Shown: positions 28,709 to 37,714, numbered from the stretch's first letter. The stretch: 64,000 bases of DNA from Parcubacteria group bacterium (GCA_943358385.1 CALRGX010000004.1:10610-74609), one strand, 5' to 3'. Made by a program: numbers and translations. Notes: generated by a model from the letters alone, not told the origin.

Positions 28709-29830
28709 CTACGCTGCATTCCTTTCAAGCAGTATCTGGCACACATCAATTTTCCTTGCACGAAAAGATCCGGCGCACACCATCAGGTAATAGCGCCACA
28801 TACGGTAGAAACGCTCGTCATACAGTTTCCTGCCTGTACTATCCGTCGTTTCCTTGATGTCGTTCCAGGCACCACGAAAACGCTCATCCCATGCCATGAG
28901 CGTTTTATCATAATCCTGTCCGAAACGGTCTACCTCACGCATTGAAAAGAGACCACGCACTGCGACCTCCAGGTGCGTGAGGGACGGCAGCACGCCGTTG
29001 GGAAAAATACGCGTGGAGAGCCATACATCAGGTAGACCCTGGCCTAAAATTGCCTGAATAAGAAACGCTCCTCTTTCTTTCAAGGCACGGTGTGCGACCT
29101 CCATGTATGCACGCAGATTCTTTAACCCTACCGCCTCGATCATTTCGATTGAAACGACACGGTCGAAACTATTGTCGTACTCCTGCGGCAGCGTGCGGTA
29201 GTCACCCAGATAAAAAGTAACGGGAAGATCTTTGCAATGTTCTGCCGCAAATGCCAACTGCTCCTTAGAAACCGTAATGCCCACGACGCTCACCCCATAC
29301 TTTTTCGCCGCATAGGCAGCAAAGGTGCCCCAACCGCTTCCAATTTCAAGGACACGCATGCCGGGCTGAAGCTCAAGTTTTTTGCAAACCAGATCGAATT
29401 TCGCGTACTGTGCCTCGGTCAAGGTCGTCGCGCCAGTCCCGTAATAGCCCGCGCTGTACGCCATACTCTCGCCGAGCATATATTCATACAGACGGTTCCC
29501 GATATCGTAGTGCTGCTGCCCCACCTGAAATGCGCGGCGCACGCTTTGTAAATTAAAGACGCTGTCACGAAATCGCAAAAGCAGGTCGGAAAGCTGGCCG
29601 ATATTATTTTCCAGTTGTGCGCGCAGTACACGATAGAAAAACTCGTCGAGACGCTGGCAGTCCCACATACCGGATACATACGCATCTCCTAGTCCCAAAC
29701 TTCCCCACACAAAAGTACGCAGATACACGCCGCTGTTGTGAACCTGTGGGTCGTGTGGCTGTGTGCCATTTATTGTAATCTCCGCAGATTCAAGAAGCTG
29801 CGCAGCTTTTGTAGTAAAAAGTGCGTGCAT
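28709..29830 (-). CDS. cfa: cyclopropane-fatty-acyl-phospholipid synthase family SAM-dependent methyltransferase
   Basis: VLEIGSGWGTFAAYAA SAM motif I, CFA-synthase-like N-terminal region; 373 aa. Confidence 0.85.
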   Translation of the reverse strand: MHALFTTKAAQLLESAEITINGTQPHDPQVHNSGVYLRTFVWGSLGLGDAYVSGMWDCQRLDEFFYRVLRAQLENNIGQLSDLLLRFRDSVFNLQSVRRAFQVGQQHYDIGNRLYEYMLGESMAYSAGYYGTGATTLTEAQYAKFDLVCKKLELQPGMRVLEIGSGWGTFAAYAAKKYGVSVVGITVSKEQLAFAAEHCKDLPVTFYLGDYRTLPQEYDNSFDRVVSIEMIEAVGLKNLRAYMEVAHRALKERGAFLIQAILGQGLPDVWLSTRIFPNGVLPSLTHLEVAVRGLFSMREVDRFGQDYDKTLMAWDERFRGAWNDIKETTDSTGRKLYDERFYRMWRYYLMVCAGSFRARKIDVCQILLERNAA

Positions 29831-29834
29831 ACTG

Positions 29835-30200
29835 CTAGTAACCGAGGAGTGTTACGGTCGTGAATATTCCCGCGCTGCTGTAGAACGCATATGCACTGCG
29901 TGGCAGCCGAACAACGCTCCACTCATTCCGTAGTGCGAACATTGCACCAACCACCGCGCACATGTAGAGCAGCATGCCCGAACACGCTGCCCAACCGGTC
30001 ACCGATGGGGACCACACCACCAGTAGCGCCCCTGTGCACAGGTCTGCAGCGGCAACAGCGAAAATCATGGTTCGCAGAGATTGTGATATCACTGCAGGGA
30101 AAGTGCCCACCGTTCCTACACGCACTAAAACACCAGCAATCAACACGAGGGTAGAGATACCTAGAACGATGTGCGTCAAAAGGATCGTACTCAGAATCAT
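29835..30200 (-). CDS. small 4-TM membrane protein
   Basis: 121 aa, 4-nt gap to cfa. Confidence 0.45.
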   Translation of the reverse strand: MILSTILLTHIVLGISTLVLIAGVLVRVGTVGTFPAVISQSLRTMIFAVAAADLCTGALLVVWSPSVTGWAACSGMLLYMCAVVGAMFALRNEWSVVRLPRSAYAFYSSAGIFTTVTLLGY

Positions 30201-30355
30201 ACAAGAGACATCATATCAAAGGTGCGCGTTTCAGCTACCTGTGGGCAAGATGAGCGACAGAACGTTATCATAGGCAAAGCTCGTTTATGACAGCGAGACC
30301 GAGACCATCGGTCTTCTAACAGTACTATCCTTGTGTGTCTGACAGAGTACTCGCT

Positions 30356-30892
30356 TTAGGGGTTGCGTACATGTGTGGTAGGTTCACTCACAGTCCAAAC
30401 AGCACAGGAGACGCGAATGAAGTTTGAAATGCAACCTGTCGAGAGTACAGGTAAAATTGTGAGCGCTGCCACGGTACATGTCTCGCGAAGCGTAGCGATG
30501 CGACACAATGCGGTTCCCGATGCAGAAGCAATCGAGCGAGTCAAGGCTAATTTCCAAGCGGCCGGTCTGCTGGGCTCAGTACGCCCTCGCTCGACGCTTG
30601 GTTGCTGGGGACCTGATTCTTGTCGAGTCGATGTGTCGTCGCTGTTTTTCAAGAAATCTTTCGCTAAATCAAGTTTCCTTTGCCGTCGCCATTTTTTAAT
30701 CTGTGCCTCGCGCCGCAAGGCCGAGAGTCTGTCTGGATGCTCTTCTGTATAGATAATGCTTACTATTTCTTTCGTGCTTGTGTAGCGCCCACCCTGTCCT
30801 TTTTTGTGCTGATTGAATCGGCGCTGTACGTCATTCGTAATTCCTGTGTAGAAAGCTCCGTCGCTGCATTCGAGAATATATAGAAAGTACAT
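30356..30892 (-). CDS. GIY-YIG nuclease-family protein with aberrant ~90-aa C-terminal read-through tail
   Basis: MYFLYILECSDGAFYTGITNDVQRRFNQH ... IKKWRRQRK forms a GIY-YIG core of about 85 aa. There is no stop until 30356. A plus-strand ORF with a strong AGGAG RBS (30417-30752) overlaps the tail. Confidence 0.5.
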   Translation of the reverse strand: MYFLYILECSDGAFYTGITNDVQRRFNQHKKGQGGRYTSTKEIVSIIYTEEHPDRLSALRREAQIKKWRRQRKLDLAKDFLKNSDDTSTRQESGPQQPSVERGRTEPSRPAAWKLALTRSIASASGTALCRIATLRETCTVAALTILPVLSTGCISNFIRVSCAVWTVSEPTTHVRNP

Positions 30893-31156
30893 AACGCCCT
30901 TCGACAAGCTCAGGGCACTTCTCCTCGCACAATGCGGTAGTGCCCGCACTGTGCGAGTGAAGCGAGTCGAAGTGCTGCCGGACCTGGACGCGAAGTCGTC
31001 GCGCTGGGAAGGCGCTCCTCTTTGAGAACTCCTCCGTTCTCAACGCTCGTCTTCGCAAGCTCAGCCTCACTGCTCTCCGCCACGGGAAACAACCGTTTCC
31101 CGACCCCTTCCTTGTTCGAATCCAAGTCCGCAGATTCAACCTACGGTTTTCATTTG

Positions 31157-31227
31157 CTGCCGGACCTGGATTCGAACCAAGATAGCCTGCTTCAGAGGCA
31201 GGAGTCCTACCATTAGACGATCCGGCA
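31157..31227 (-). tRNA. tRNA-Gln (anticodon CUG), no encoded CCA
   Basis: Manual fold: acceptor TGCCGGA/TCCGGCA, D-stem GTCT/GGAC, anticodon stem CCTGC/GCAGG with loop CTCTGAA, T-stem CTTGG/CCAGG with loop TTCGAAT. Confidence 0.8.
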
Positions 31228-31307
31228 AATATTGAACGAAACGCCTGCTATGCAATAGCTAGGCGCGCCCGTATAGGGCGCGCCTCTATAATACACGATT
31301 TCACCCC

Positions 31308-31721
31308 CTACTCAATCGAGACTGGCTCGATGGCATAGACCAAGCTCGCTTCTTCGCCCGTTTCGAGGTAGATGCACCGCTCATCGATGCGATGGGCCAC
31401 TTCGGCCAAGAGCATCGTTAGCGTGGGAATCCGCTCTTTGCCTAAGAACGCGACACGGTACGCTCGGTGCTCGCCGTAGGCTACTTCGCCATCATCGCGC
31501 ATCCAAAAACCGTACATGGTGGAACTCGCCGCTGTGTAGCCGCCGAATTCCTGTACTAGCACCTGGTGCAGATGCGCCTCGACAGTAATCCGCTCGGGCT
31601 CCATGAGGAGCTTCAGCTTCAGAGACGGCATAAGAAAGAATGCAGGCCTACCGAGCGACTGCATTTTGTAGCGTTTCATCAGAACACCTCTTCTTTGTTT
31701 CTGCGGATTCGAATGTAGCAC
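31308..31721 (-). CDS. hypothetical protein
   Basis: 137 aa ORF; start uncertain (several in-frame Met). Confidence 0.35.
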   Translation of the reverse strand: MLHSNPQKQRRGVLMKRYKMQSLGRPAFFLMPSLKLKLLMEPERITVEAHLHQVLVQEFGGYTAASSTMYGFWMRDDGEVAYGEHRAYRVAFLGKERIPTLTMLLAEVAHRIDERCIYLETGEEASLVYAIEPVSIE

Positions 31722-31867
31722 GCCCGCCGTGTCTTGAGAACGCTTGAAAAACGTAGGATATACAGGCTATCTGTGCTATATTCGGCCGACTTGGTTTTCC
31801 ATTTTTGGTTCCCCAAGTTTTATCAGGGGACTATCGCCACGCGGTGATAGAACACAACACATAACAC

Positions 31868-31996
31868 CATGCCAGAAGAGACTATCATCCCAGCAGTTCC
31901 TGCTGAGGAAACTGTTCCTGCTACTGAGACTGCTGTTCCTGTAACCGAAACTCCTGCAGAAGAAGTTGCGGCTCCAGAAGTGCCTGCTCAGGTGTA
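31868..31996 (+). CDS. 42-aa acidic Pro/Ala/Glu/Thr repeat peptide (MPEETIIPAVPAEETVPATETAVPVTETPAEEVAAPEVPAQV)
   Basis: Manual translation; imperfect ~18-nt tandem repeats; a strong terminator 10 nt downstream. Confidence 0.35.
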
Positions 31997-32005
31997 AGGA
32001 ATGCA

Positions 32006-32038
32006 AAAAGGCCGGCCACTTTGTGGCCGGCCTTTTTG
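32006..32038. terminator. bidirectional rho-independent terminator GGCCGGCCAC-TTT-GTGGCCGGCC flanked by A5/T5
   Basis: A perfect 10-bp GC stem between the small plus-strand ORF and the minus-strand msrA stop. Confidence 0.65.
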
Positions 32039-32075
32039 CATTCACACGCCCGGTTCCTTTCCCTTTTATTTTTCC

Positions 32076-32615
32076 TTACTTCCCCTTTTGCCCTTTCAAA
32101 AGCTTCGCAAAACTCTTTTGCACTTTTTCCAACTTGGGCTCGATGACAATCTGGCAATATCCGGCCTGCTTGTTGTTTTGGTAGTAGTTTTGGTGATACT
32201 CCTCGGCAGGATAGAAATGCTCGAGCGGTGCCACTTGGGTGACCACCTGTAGGTGATCTGCCTGCAACTCCTCAATGTATGAATCTGCTGCTTCCTTCTG
32301 CACATCGGTCGTGTAGAAAATGGCCGAACGATACTGGGTACCCACATCAGCCCCTTGGCGATTCATCGTAGTCGGATCGTGCGACGCAAAATACACGGTG
32401 AGCAAGTCGCGGATTGATACCACACTTGGATCGTAGGTTACCTGCACTACCTCTACATGGCCCGTCATCTCCGCAGATACACGTTCATACGTAGGATTCG
32501 TGTCGGTGCCGCCTGCGTAGCCTGATGCAACGCTTTCCACGCCGCGTATCATCTTGAACACTGCCTCGATGCACCAAAAGCAGCCACCGCCAAACACGAT
32601 AGTTTCCGTTTTCAT
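32076..32615 (-). CDS. msrA: peptide methionine sulfoxide reductase MsrA
   Basis: MKTETIVFGGGCFWC active-site motif; start set at the internal Met with a GGGAGG SD. Confidence 0.85.
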   Translation of the reverse strand: MKTETIVFGGGCFWCIEAVFKMIRGVESVASGYAGGTDTNPTYERVSAEMTGHVEVVQVTYDPSVVSIRDLLTVYFASHDPTTMNRQGADVGTQYRSAIFYTTDVQKEAADSYIEELQADHLQVVTQVAPLEHFYPAEEYHQNYYQNNKQAGYCQIVIEPKLEKVQKSFAKLLKGQKGK

Positions 32616-32676
32616 TGACACAGTATAGTGCCTCCCGTATACAGAACATAGGCCACCTAGAGAAAGGAATACACCT

Positions 32677-33393
32677 ATGCACTTTGAAACGTTTCCGTTT
32701 GCGAGCCTTTTGGTAGGGCGCCATGGGCGCTCATGGGCCAACCTCGCGGCGGCTCGCGCCACCCTGGGCGATCACAGCCTCATCGAAAAGTTCCGGCACG
32801 AACACACTTCCGTAATGGAGCTTGACCCAGAAGGGGTAGCGCAGGCCAAACGCAAAGGTGTCTTTTTGAAGAGGCACGGGCTTTTGCCCTGCGACTTCCA
32901 CGCCACCTCGCGCTACGTACGCGCGATCGCCACAGCCACCCACATGGACGCCGAACAAGAATGGCATAAGGACGAGCGCTTGAACGAACGCAACTGGGGC
33001 CCGATGGACCAGATTTCGTCGACCGAACGAACACAGCGCTGGCCCACCTGGAAAATCGAAAAGGAAACCGACCCACACGAATGGACTCCCGTCGAAGGCG
33101 AATCGATTCGTGAGGTGCGCTTGCGGGTACTGCGCCTCTTGCACGAGCTCGGCGAGCGCTTCCCTCGAAAGAGAGGATGCATCGTGGCGCACGGCGAGAC
33201 GAATCTCGGCATCCAAGCGTGCATCGAGCGACTGACGCGCGAGGAATTCAACGAGCGAGAGAAGCACATGCGCATGGATAATGCGACACTCGTGCACTAT
33301 CACTCTGATGGAAACGGCCGGCTCTGGAAACGCACTATTGACCCGCACACCGAGACCGTCACTGACTGGAGTGAAGTACCGCTCGCACGGTGA
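32677..33393 (+). CDS. histidine phosphatase superfamily (PGM-branch) protein
   Basis: LVGRHGRSWANL (RHG motif), LNERNWG, CIVAHGETN (second catalytic His); AAAGGA RBS. Confidence 0.7.
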   Translation: MHFETFPFASLLVGRHGRSWANLAAARATLGDHSLIEKFRHEHTSVMELDPEGVAQAKRKGVFLKRHGLLPCDFHATSRYVRAIATATHMDAEQEWHKDERLNERNWGPMDQISSTERTQRWPTWKIEKETDPHEWTPVEGESIREVRLRVLRLLHELGERFPRKRGCIVAHGETNLGIQACIERLTREEFNEREKHMRMDNATLVHYHSDGNGRLWKRTIDPHTETVTDWSEVPLAR

Positions 33394-33402
33394 GTAAATG
33401 CC

Positions 33403-33430
33403 CGGGGCGCGAAGCTATGCTTCGCGCCCT
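33403..33430 (+). terminator. rho-independent terminator GGGGCGCGAAGC-TATG-CTTCGCGCCC + TTTCG
   Basis: Follows the histidine-phosphatase stop. Confidence 0.55.
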
Positions 33431-33501
33431 TTCGTACACGTGCGTTTGCCTGCAACAACATGCTTTGCTAGAGTCGCAAAAGCTTTTGAAAGGAGTCGCG
33501 C

Positions 33502-33720
33502 ATGAAATGCCCCCACTGTAACAGTCTACTAGTTCACGTACCCAATCGTTATATCCTTGACCCTGTTCCACAAGGATTCTACGACTGCTCAGGATGCAAA
33601 CGTGCCTACGCGCATTATGCATTTCCAGGAGAAGCAGACCTCTTTGCATGGCTCGCTGAATCCGAAGAAGAGCCATGGGATGAGTTTGTTGCGCGCAAAA
33701 GAAGCGAGAGGAACAATTGA
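33502..33720 (+). CDS. small zinc-ribbon protein (CPHC...CSGC)
   Basis: 72 aa; CxxC-x25-CxxC; AAAGGAG RBS 7 nt upstream. Confidence 0.6.
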   Translation: MKCPHCNSLLVHVPNRYILDPVPQGFYDCSGCKRAYAHYAFPGEADLFAWLAESEEEPWDEFVARKRSERNN

Positions 33721-33941
33721 TGGCGAAAGCACCCGAATGTAAGCAATGTGGTGCACCAATGGGCCGGCTCACTCGATTCGAATTGCCCGATGATATTCGA
33801 CCTCGTGAGGTACACAAATGTGGCCGATGCAAGGTCCAGCTCCTACTTTTTGGAGCGGCTGATGCGACGGTACGGGTGTGGCCTCACGAGCGACCGCCTG
33901 GGGAATCACTGGTCGCATATGTGACCCGTGTGAGGACGTGA
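33717..33941 (+). CDS. small zinc-ribbon protein (CKQC...CGRC)
   Basis: 74 aa; CxxC-x26-CxxC; ATGA overlap with the preceding gene; a terminator follows at 33960-33995. Confidence 0.6.
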   Translation: MMAKAPECKQCGAPMGRLTRFELPDDIRPREVHKCGRCKVQLLLFGAADATVRVWPHERPPGESLVAYVTRVRT

Positions 33942-34002
33942 ATATCAGCAGGCAGCAGAAGGACAGGACAGGGCGAAGCCACAAGCTTCGCCCTTTCATA
34001 TA

Positions 34003-34515
34003 CTACTCTTCGCGCAACTCATTCTTGAGAAAATCTGCCACGCGCTTTTCGCGCATCGCCACAGTGAACTTCTTTACCGTATCAATCATCACCGGCACTT
34101 CAAGGTAATCAATCAGGATGGCGACCCAGGCAAGCCACGCAGGAAGTACCGTGCCCCCTTCGTTAAATGCCGTTACCACAAATTCGTCCGTAATCCAGAA
34201 TATGTGCATCACCTGCGACAAAAGAAGCACCAAGTATAGCCATGCCTTGAAGCCTCCACCTTTGCGGATGTCGTTAATGTAAATCAGCGACACCGATATG
34301 AGTGCAGGAATTTCGGTATAGTCCACGAGCACAATCAAACTTTCAGCGAGCCCCGTAAACTGAAAGAGCGGCATGCCGAAAAACTTGCCCCAAATCACTT
34401 CCCCCAGAAGCCACACCAAGTGCACGATTTGTAGCGCAAAAAGGCCGAGTGCAATCGAAATGTTAAGTGTATAGGTACGGTCGTACCACTCCCAAAACTT
34501 TTGCCAGATATTCAT
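34003..34515 (-). CDS. hypothetical 4-TM membrane protein
   Basis: 170 aa; Trp-rich hydrophobic helices. Confidence 0.5.
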   Translation of the reverse strand: MNIWQKFWEWYDRTYTLNISIALGLFALQIVHLVWLLGEVIWGKFFGMPLFQFTGLAESLIVLVDYTEIPALISVSLIYINDIRKGGGFKAWLYLVLLLSQVMHIFWITDEFVVTAFNEGGTVLPAWLAWVAILIDYLEVPVMIDTVKKFTVAMREKRVADFLKNELREE

Positions 34516-34627
34516 GCACGCAGTGTACCGTACTAAAGCGTGACCAGACAGCCTCTTTAAGTAAATCTATATATGTTGTATAGTCCAAATAGTAACTAGC
34601 CATCACGAACAGCATGGAGCCACCGGC

Positions 34628-34930
34628 ATGCCCACACTTGCAAGTAGAGTCACACTCACGGCGACCATAGGAAACAACGGCCACATCACCATTGAAATAC
34701 CTGGCCTGACCGCAGATTTTTCTCTGACCGCTCCCCAGGGGCGGGTGGTTGCAGTTGACCTTGACCTGAGCGACCCGTCACATCTCCAGCAATTTGGTGA
34801 GCCGGGCACCGAAAAGTTTTTTGACCTCCTCTGCAGCTTGGATCAAACAACCCACGGAGGGGTCCGCGAAGTGCTCTCACGCATTTTTGCCGCAGGCTAT
34901 CGCGCCGGTCGCAGCGAGACACGGGGCTAA
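34628..34930 (+). CDS. hypothetical 100-aa protein
   Basis: GGAG ~10 nt upstream; followed by the hairpin AAGGTACAGCAG-ATTA-TGCTGTACCTT + T-run (34953-34990). Confidence 0.4.
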   Translation: MPTLASRVTLTATIGNNGHITIEIPGLTADFSLTAPQGRVVAVDLDLSDPSHLQQFGEPGTEKFFDLLCSLDQTTHGGVREVLSRIFAAGYRAGRSETRG

Positions 34931-34964
34931 ATGTTTTTCAGAGCAACACCAAAGGTACAGCAGA

Positions 34965-36032
34965 TTATGCTGTACCTTCTCTTTTTGGGACGAACGCACC
35001 TCCAACGGCAACGACAATCTGCCTCTTTTCTCCTGCCTGCTCTCGCCATGCCACGACCTCCAAGCGAACCTGCCCGGCTCCAAGCTCTTGTAGCGCCTCC
35101 CGAAGCTCGTTCCCTTTTTCTACATTCTCAAGTTCAAGTACTTCTTTAAGCACAGCACCGATTTTAAGTGCATACGGATCCGGCAACTCGGTAATTGTGT
35201 GGTCACCTGCGACTGGTTGTGTACGCTGATACAAACGTATGGCAACAGTAGGCATCAGATCCATGGGATTTGCTGCAGGGCGGCCAACAGCACCGCCGAC
35301 ACGTGGTGCGTTTAACTGCAGAACTTGCAGACCACTCTGCGCACTCACTTCCGATTCCCCTAAGGTGAGATTCGCCAATCTTTCGACAATGCCGGTCTGC
35401 AAGAACATCTCGTGCAATCGGTCTTCAAATCTACTTCGACGAGCGATTGCACCCGGTGACTGGTCGTCAGTGTTTGATAGCATGTCGAGTGTTTCTCTAA
35501 TCTTTGCGAGGTATGCGACCGTAGTTCTTTCCGAAATGTTTGGTGCGCTAGGTGGGGTCTTAACTTCATCACTACGACCACCTTCTGCTGGAGAAGCTTC
35601 GCTTTCGGTGCCACTTGTGTCTGCAGCCACAGCCGCGTCTGGCTCTGCTTCAGGCGTAAAGGAGATAGGAGATTCTCGAAATGCATCGCCGCCCACTCTT
35701 TCCAACCACGCAGAAAATAGTGCAGCTCCTTCTTCACTCTCTATTGGTTGACGCAATGCAATTTCAAACTCAGGTAGCGCAACTCCCACATAGGCAGTCA
35801 AGCCTTCCTCGCCTACACGAAAATTAACAATCTGTTTGCTGCGTAAACCTTTTTTTGCGGCATAGACTGGCTCTCCTTGCGCGTTACACACGTCAAAACA
35901 TCTGAGCTTAATCATGTTTGGGTCAGACTCTCGTGCCCATGCAAGCACCTCGTTTACACTCGTAAGCGGAGCTTTTGGTTGCTCAGTACGTGCGGCGGGT
36001 CCTTTTGGCTGCTTCGGTCGTTTTTCTGGCAT
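34965..36032 (-). CDS. hypothetical protein with acidic low-complexity linker
   Basis: 355 aa, immediately downstream of pyrG on the same strand. Confidence 0.5.
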   Translation of the reverse strand: MPEKRPKQPKGPAARTEQPKAPLTSVNEVLAWARESDPNMIKLRCFDVCNAQGEPVYAAKKGLRSKQIVNFRVGEEGLTAYVGVALPEFEIALRQPIESEEGAALFSAWLERVGGDAFRESPISFTPEAEPDAAVAADTSGTESEASPAEGGRSDEVKTPPSAPNISERTTVAYLAKIRETLDMLSNTDDQSPGAIARRSRFEDRLHEMFLQTGIVERLANLTLGESEVSAQSGLQVLQLNAPRVGGAVGRPAANPMDLMPTVAIRLYQRTQPVAGDHTITELPDPYALKIGAVLKEVLELENVEKGNELREALQELGAGQVRLEVVAWREQAGEKRQIVVAVGGAFVPKREGTA

Positions 36033-36088
36033 GGTTTTAGCGAGTTAATGTATGCCCCAATTGTACACCAGCGCGATTGTTGAGCGCA

Positions 36089-37714
36089 CTAATCAAGTGC
36101 CGCCTTAATAAAGGCCGTAAAGAGCGGATGCGGCGCAAGTGGTCGCGCTAGAAACTCTGGGTGGAATTGAGTGCCGAGCATGAATGGATGCACGGTGGTG
36201 GGCAGCTCGGCAATTTCCATCAGGCGCTTGTCCGGCGATGTACCAGAAAAGACGAGGCCTGCTTTGGTGAGTGTCTCGATGTACTCCGGATTCACCTCGT
36301 AGCGGTGGCGATGGCGCTCGGAAATCAGCTCACCGCCGTAGGCCTTGCGCGCGATGGTGCCCTTCCCCAGATAGGCCGGATACGCACCCAAACGCATCGT
36401 GCCGCCAAAATCTTTCTTGGCAATTTTTTCTTTTTGCTCGGGCATTACGTCTATCACCAAATCCTTTGCTTTCGGATTGATTTCCGCAGTGTGTGCATCC
36501 TTCAGCCCCGCTACGTGCCGTGCGTATTCCACCACCATCAGCTGCATGCCGTAGCAGAGGCCGAAGTATGGGATTTTGTTTTCTCGGGCAAAACGAATCG
36601 CCTGAATTTTTCCTTCGATACCTGTTTCGCCAAAGCCGCCCGGCACCAAAATGCCGTCGTAAGCATGCAGTTCGCCCACACGTTTACCGTCCACATAATC
36701 CGACGCATTCAACCAGTGCAGCTCAGGTTTTACGTTCAGGTCGTACGCAGAATACTTAAGTGCCTCGATGACAGAGATATACGCATCGGAGAGCACAAAA
36801 TCCCCCGAACCAAAATATTTCCCCACGATGCCAATTTTTACCGTACGCTTGCCGTTGTGGGCTTTTTTGGCAAACGACTGCCATGCAGAAAGACCTTTTC
36901 CGGTTTTCTTTCTCAGTTTTAATTCTTTTATCAAGATTTCAGATAGCTTGTCTCGCTCGAAATTAACGGGGACATCGTAGACACTCTCCACATCCGGCGC
37001 AGAAATCACATGCTTCACGGCGCACGACTCGGCAATCTTTTCCTTTCTTTTTTCATCGACAGGGACTGGCGCACGGGCAATCACAATATCGGGGTGTACG
37101 CCGTAGCCATTAAGCTGGCGAATGGCATTTTGCGTTGGTCGTGTCTTCATCTCTCCCACAGAACCTGGAACGGGTAGATACGAGACCAGCACAAAAACGA
37201 CATCCTCTGGGTGCTGCATGCGCATCACGCGTGCTGCATCGATAAAGAGCGCATTTTGGAAATCACCGATGGTGCCGCCGATTTCTATGATACTCACGTC
37301 CGAACCAGCCACTTTTGCCGCCTTTTCGAACCGTGCACGAATTTCATCGCGCACATGTGGAATGGCTTCAACAAATTTTCCTTTGTACCCCAAGTTACGC
37401 TCGCGTTGAATGACGGTCTGATACACCATGCCGCTCGTCATGTAATCCTCAGGCGTCAGGTCACGATTCAAAAAGCGCTCGTAGTTTCCCATGTCTTGGT
37501 CGGTCTCTAGGCCTGAATCAAGTACGAACACTTCCCCATGCTCGGTGGGGTTCATGGTGCCCGCGTCCACATTTAAATACGGGTCAACTTTTACGAGGTT
37601 CACCGAATAGCCCCGTGCCTGAAGCAGGTGCCCCATAGAAGCAGTGGCAATACCTTTGCCGACACCCGACATGACCCCGCCTAATACGAAAATGAATTTA
37701 TGTTTTTTGCTCAT
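36089..37714 (-). CDS. pyrG: CTP synthase
   Basis: N-terminal synthetase domain (VLGGVMSGVGKG) and glutamine amidotransferase domain (GLCYGMQL). Confidence 0.95.
   Translation of the reverse strand: MSKKHKFIFVLGGVMSGVGKGIATASMGHLLQARGYSVNLVKVDPYLNVDAGTMNPTEHGEVFVLDSGLETDQDMGNYERFLNRDLTPEDYMTSGMVYQTVIQRERNLGYKGKFVEAIPHVRDEIRARFEKAAKVAGSDVSIIEIGGTIGDFQNALFIDAARVMRMQHPEDVVFVLVSYLPVPGSVGEMKTRPTQNAIRQLNGYGVHPDIVIARAPVPVDEKRKEKIAESCAVKHVISAPDVESVYDVPVNFERDKLSEILIKELKLRKKTGKGLSAWQSFAKKAHNGKRTVKIGIVGKYFGSGDFVLSDAYISVIEALKYSAYDLNVKPELHWLNASDYVDGKRVGELHAYDGILVPGGFGETGIEGKIQAIRFARENKIPYFGLCYGMQLMVVEYARHVAGLKDAHTAEINPKAKDLVIDVMPEQKEKIAKKDFGGTMRLGAYPAYLGKGTIARKAYGGELISERHRHRYEVNPEYIETLTKAGLVFSGTSPDKRLMEIAELPTTVHPFMLGTQFHPEFLARPLAPHPLFTAFIKAALD

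Noticed and set aside
30831-31216. 102-aa and 71-aa minus-strand ORFs and a 64-aa plus-strand ORF
   Set aside because: They lie within the tRNA-Gln repeat element and across the tRNA itself, so they are noncoding.
32731-33348. 205-aa minus-strand ORF
   Set aside because: It is antisense to the histidine-phosphatase gene, which has RHG/HG catalytic motifs and a good RBS.
36161-36922. 253-aa plus-strand ORF
   Set aside because: It is antisense to pyrG, whose CTP-synthase motifs are unambiguous on the minus strand.
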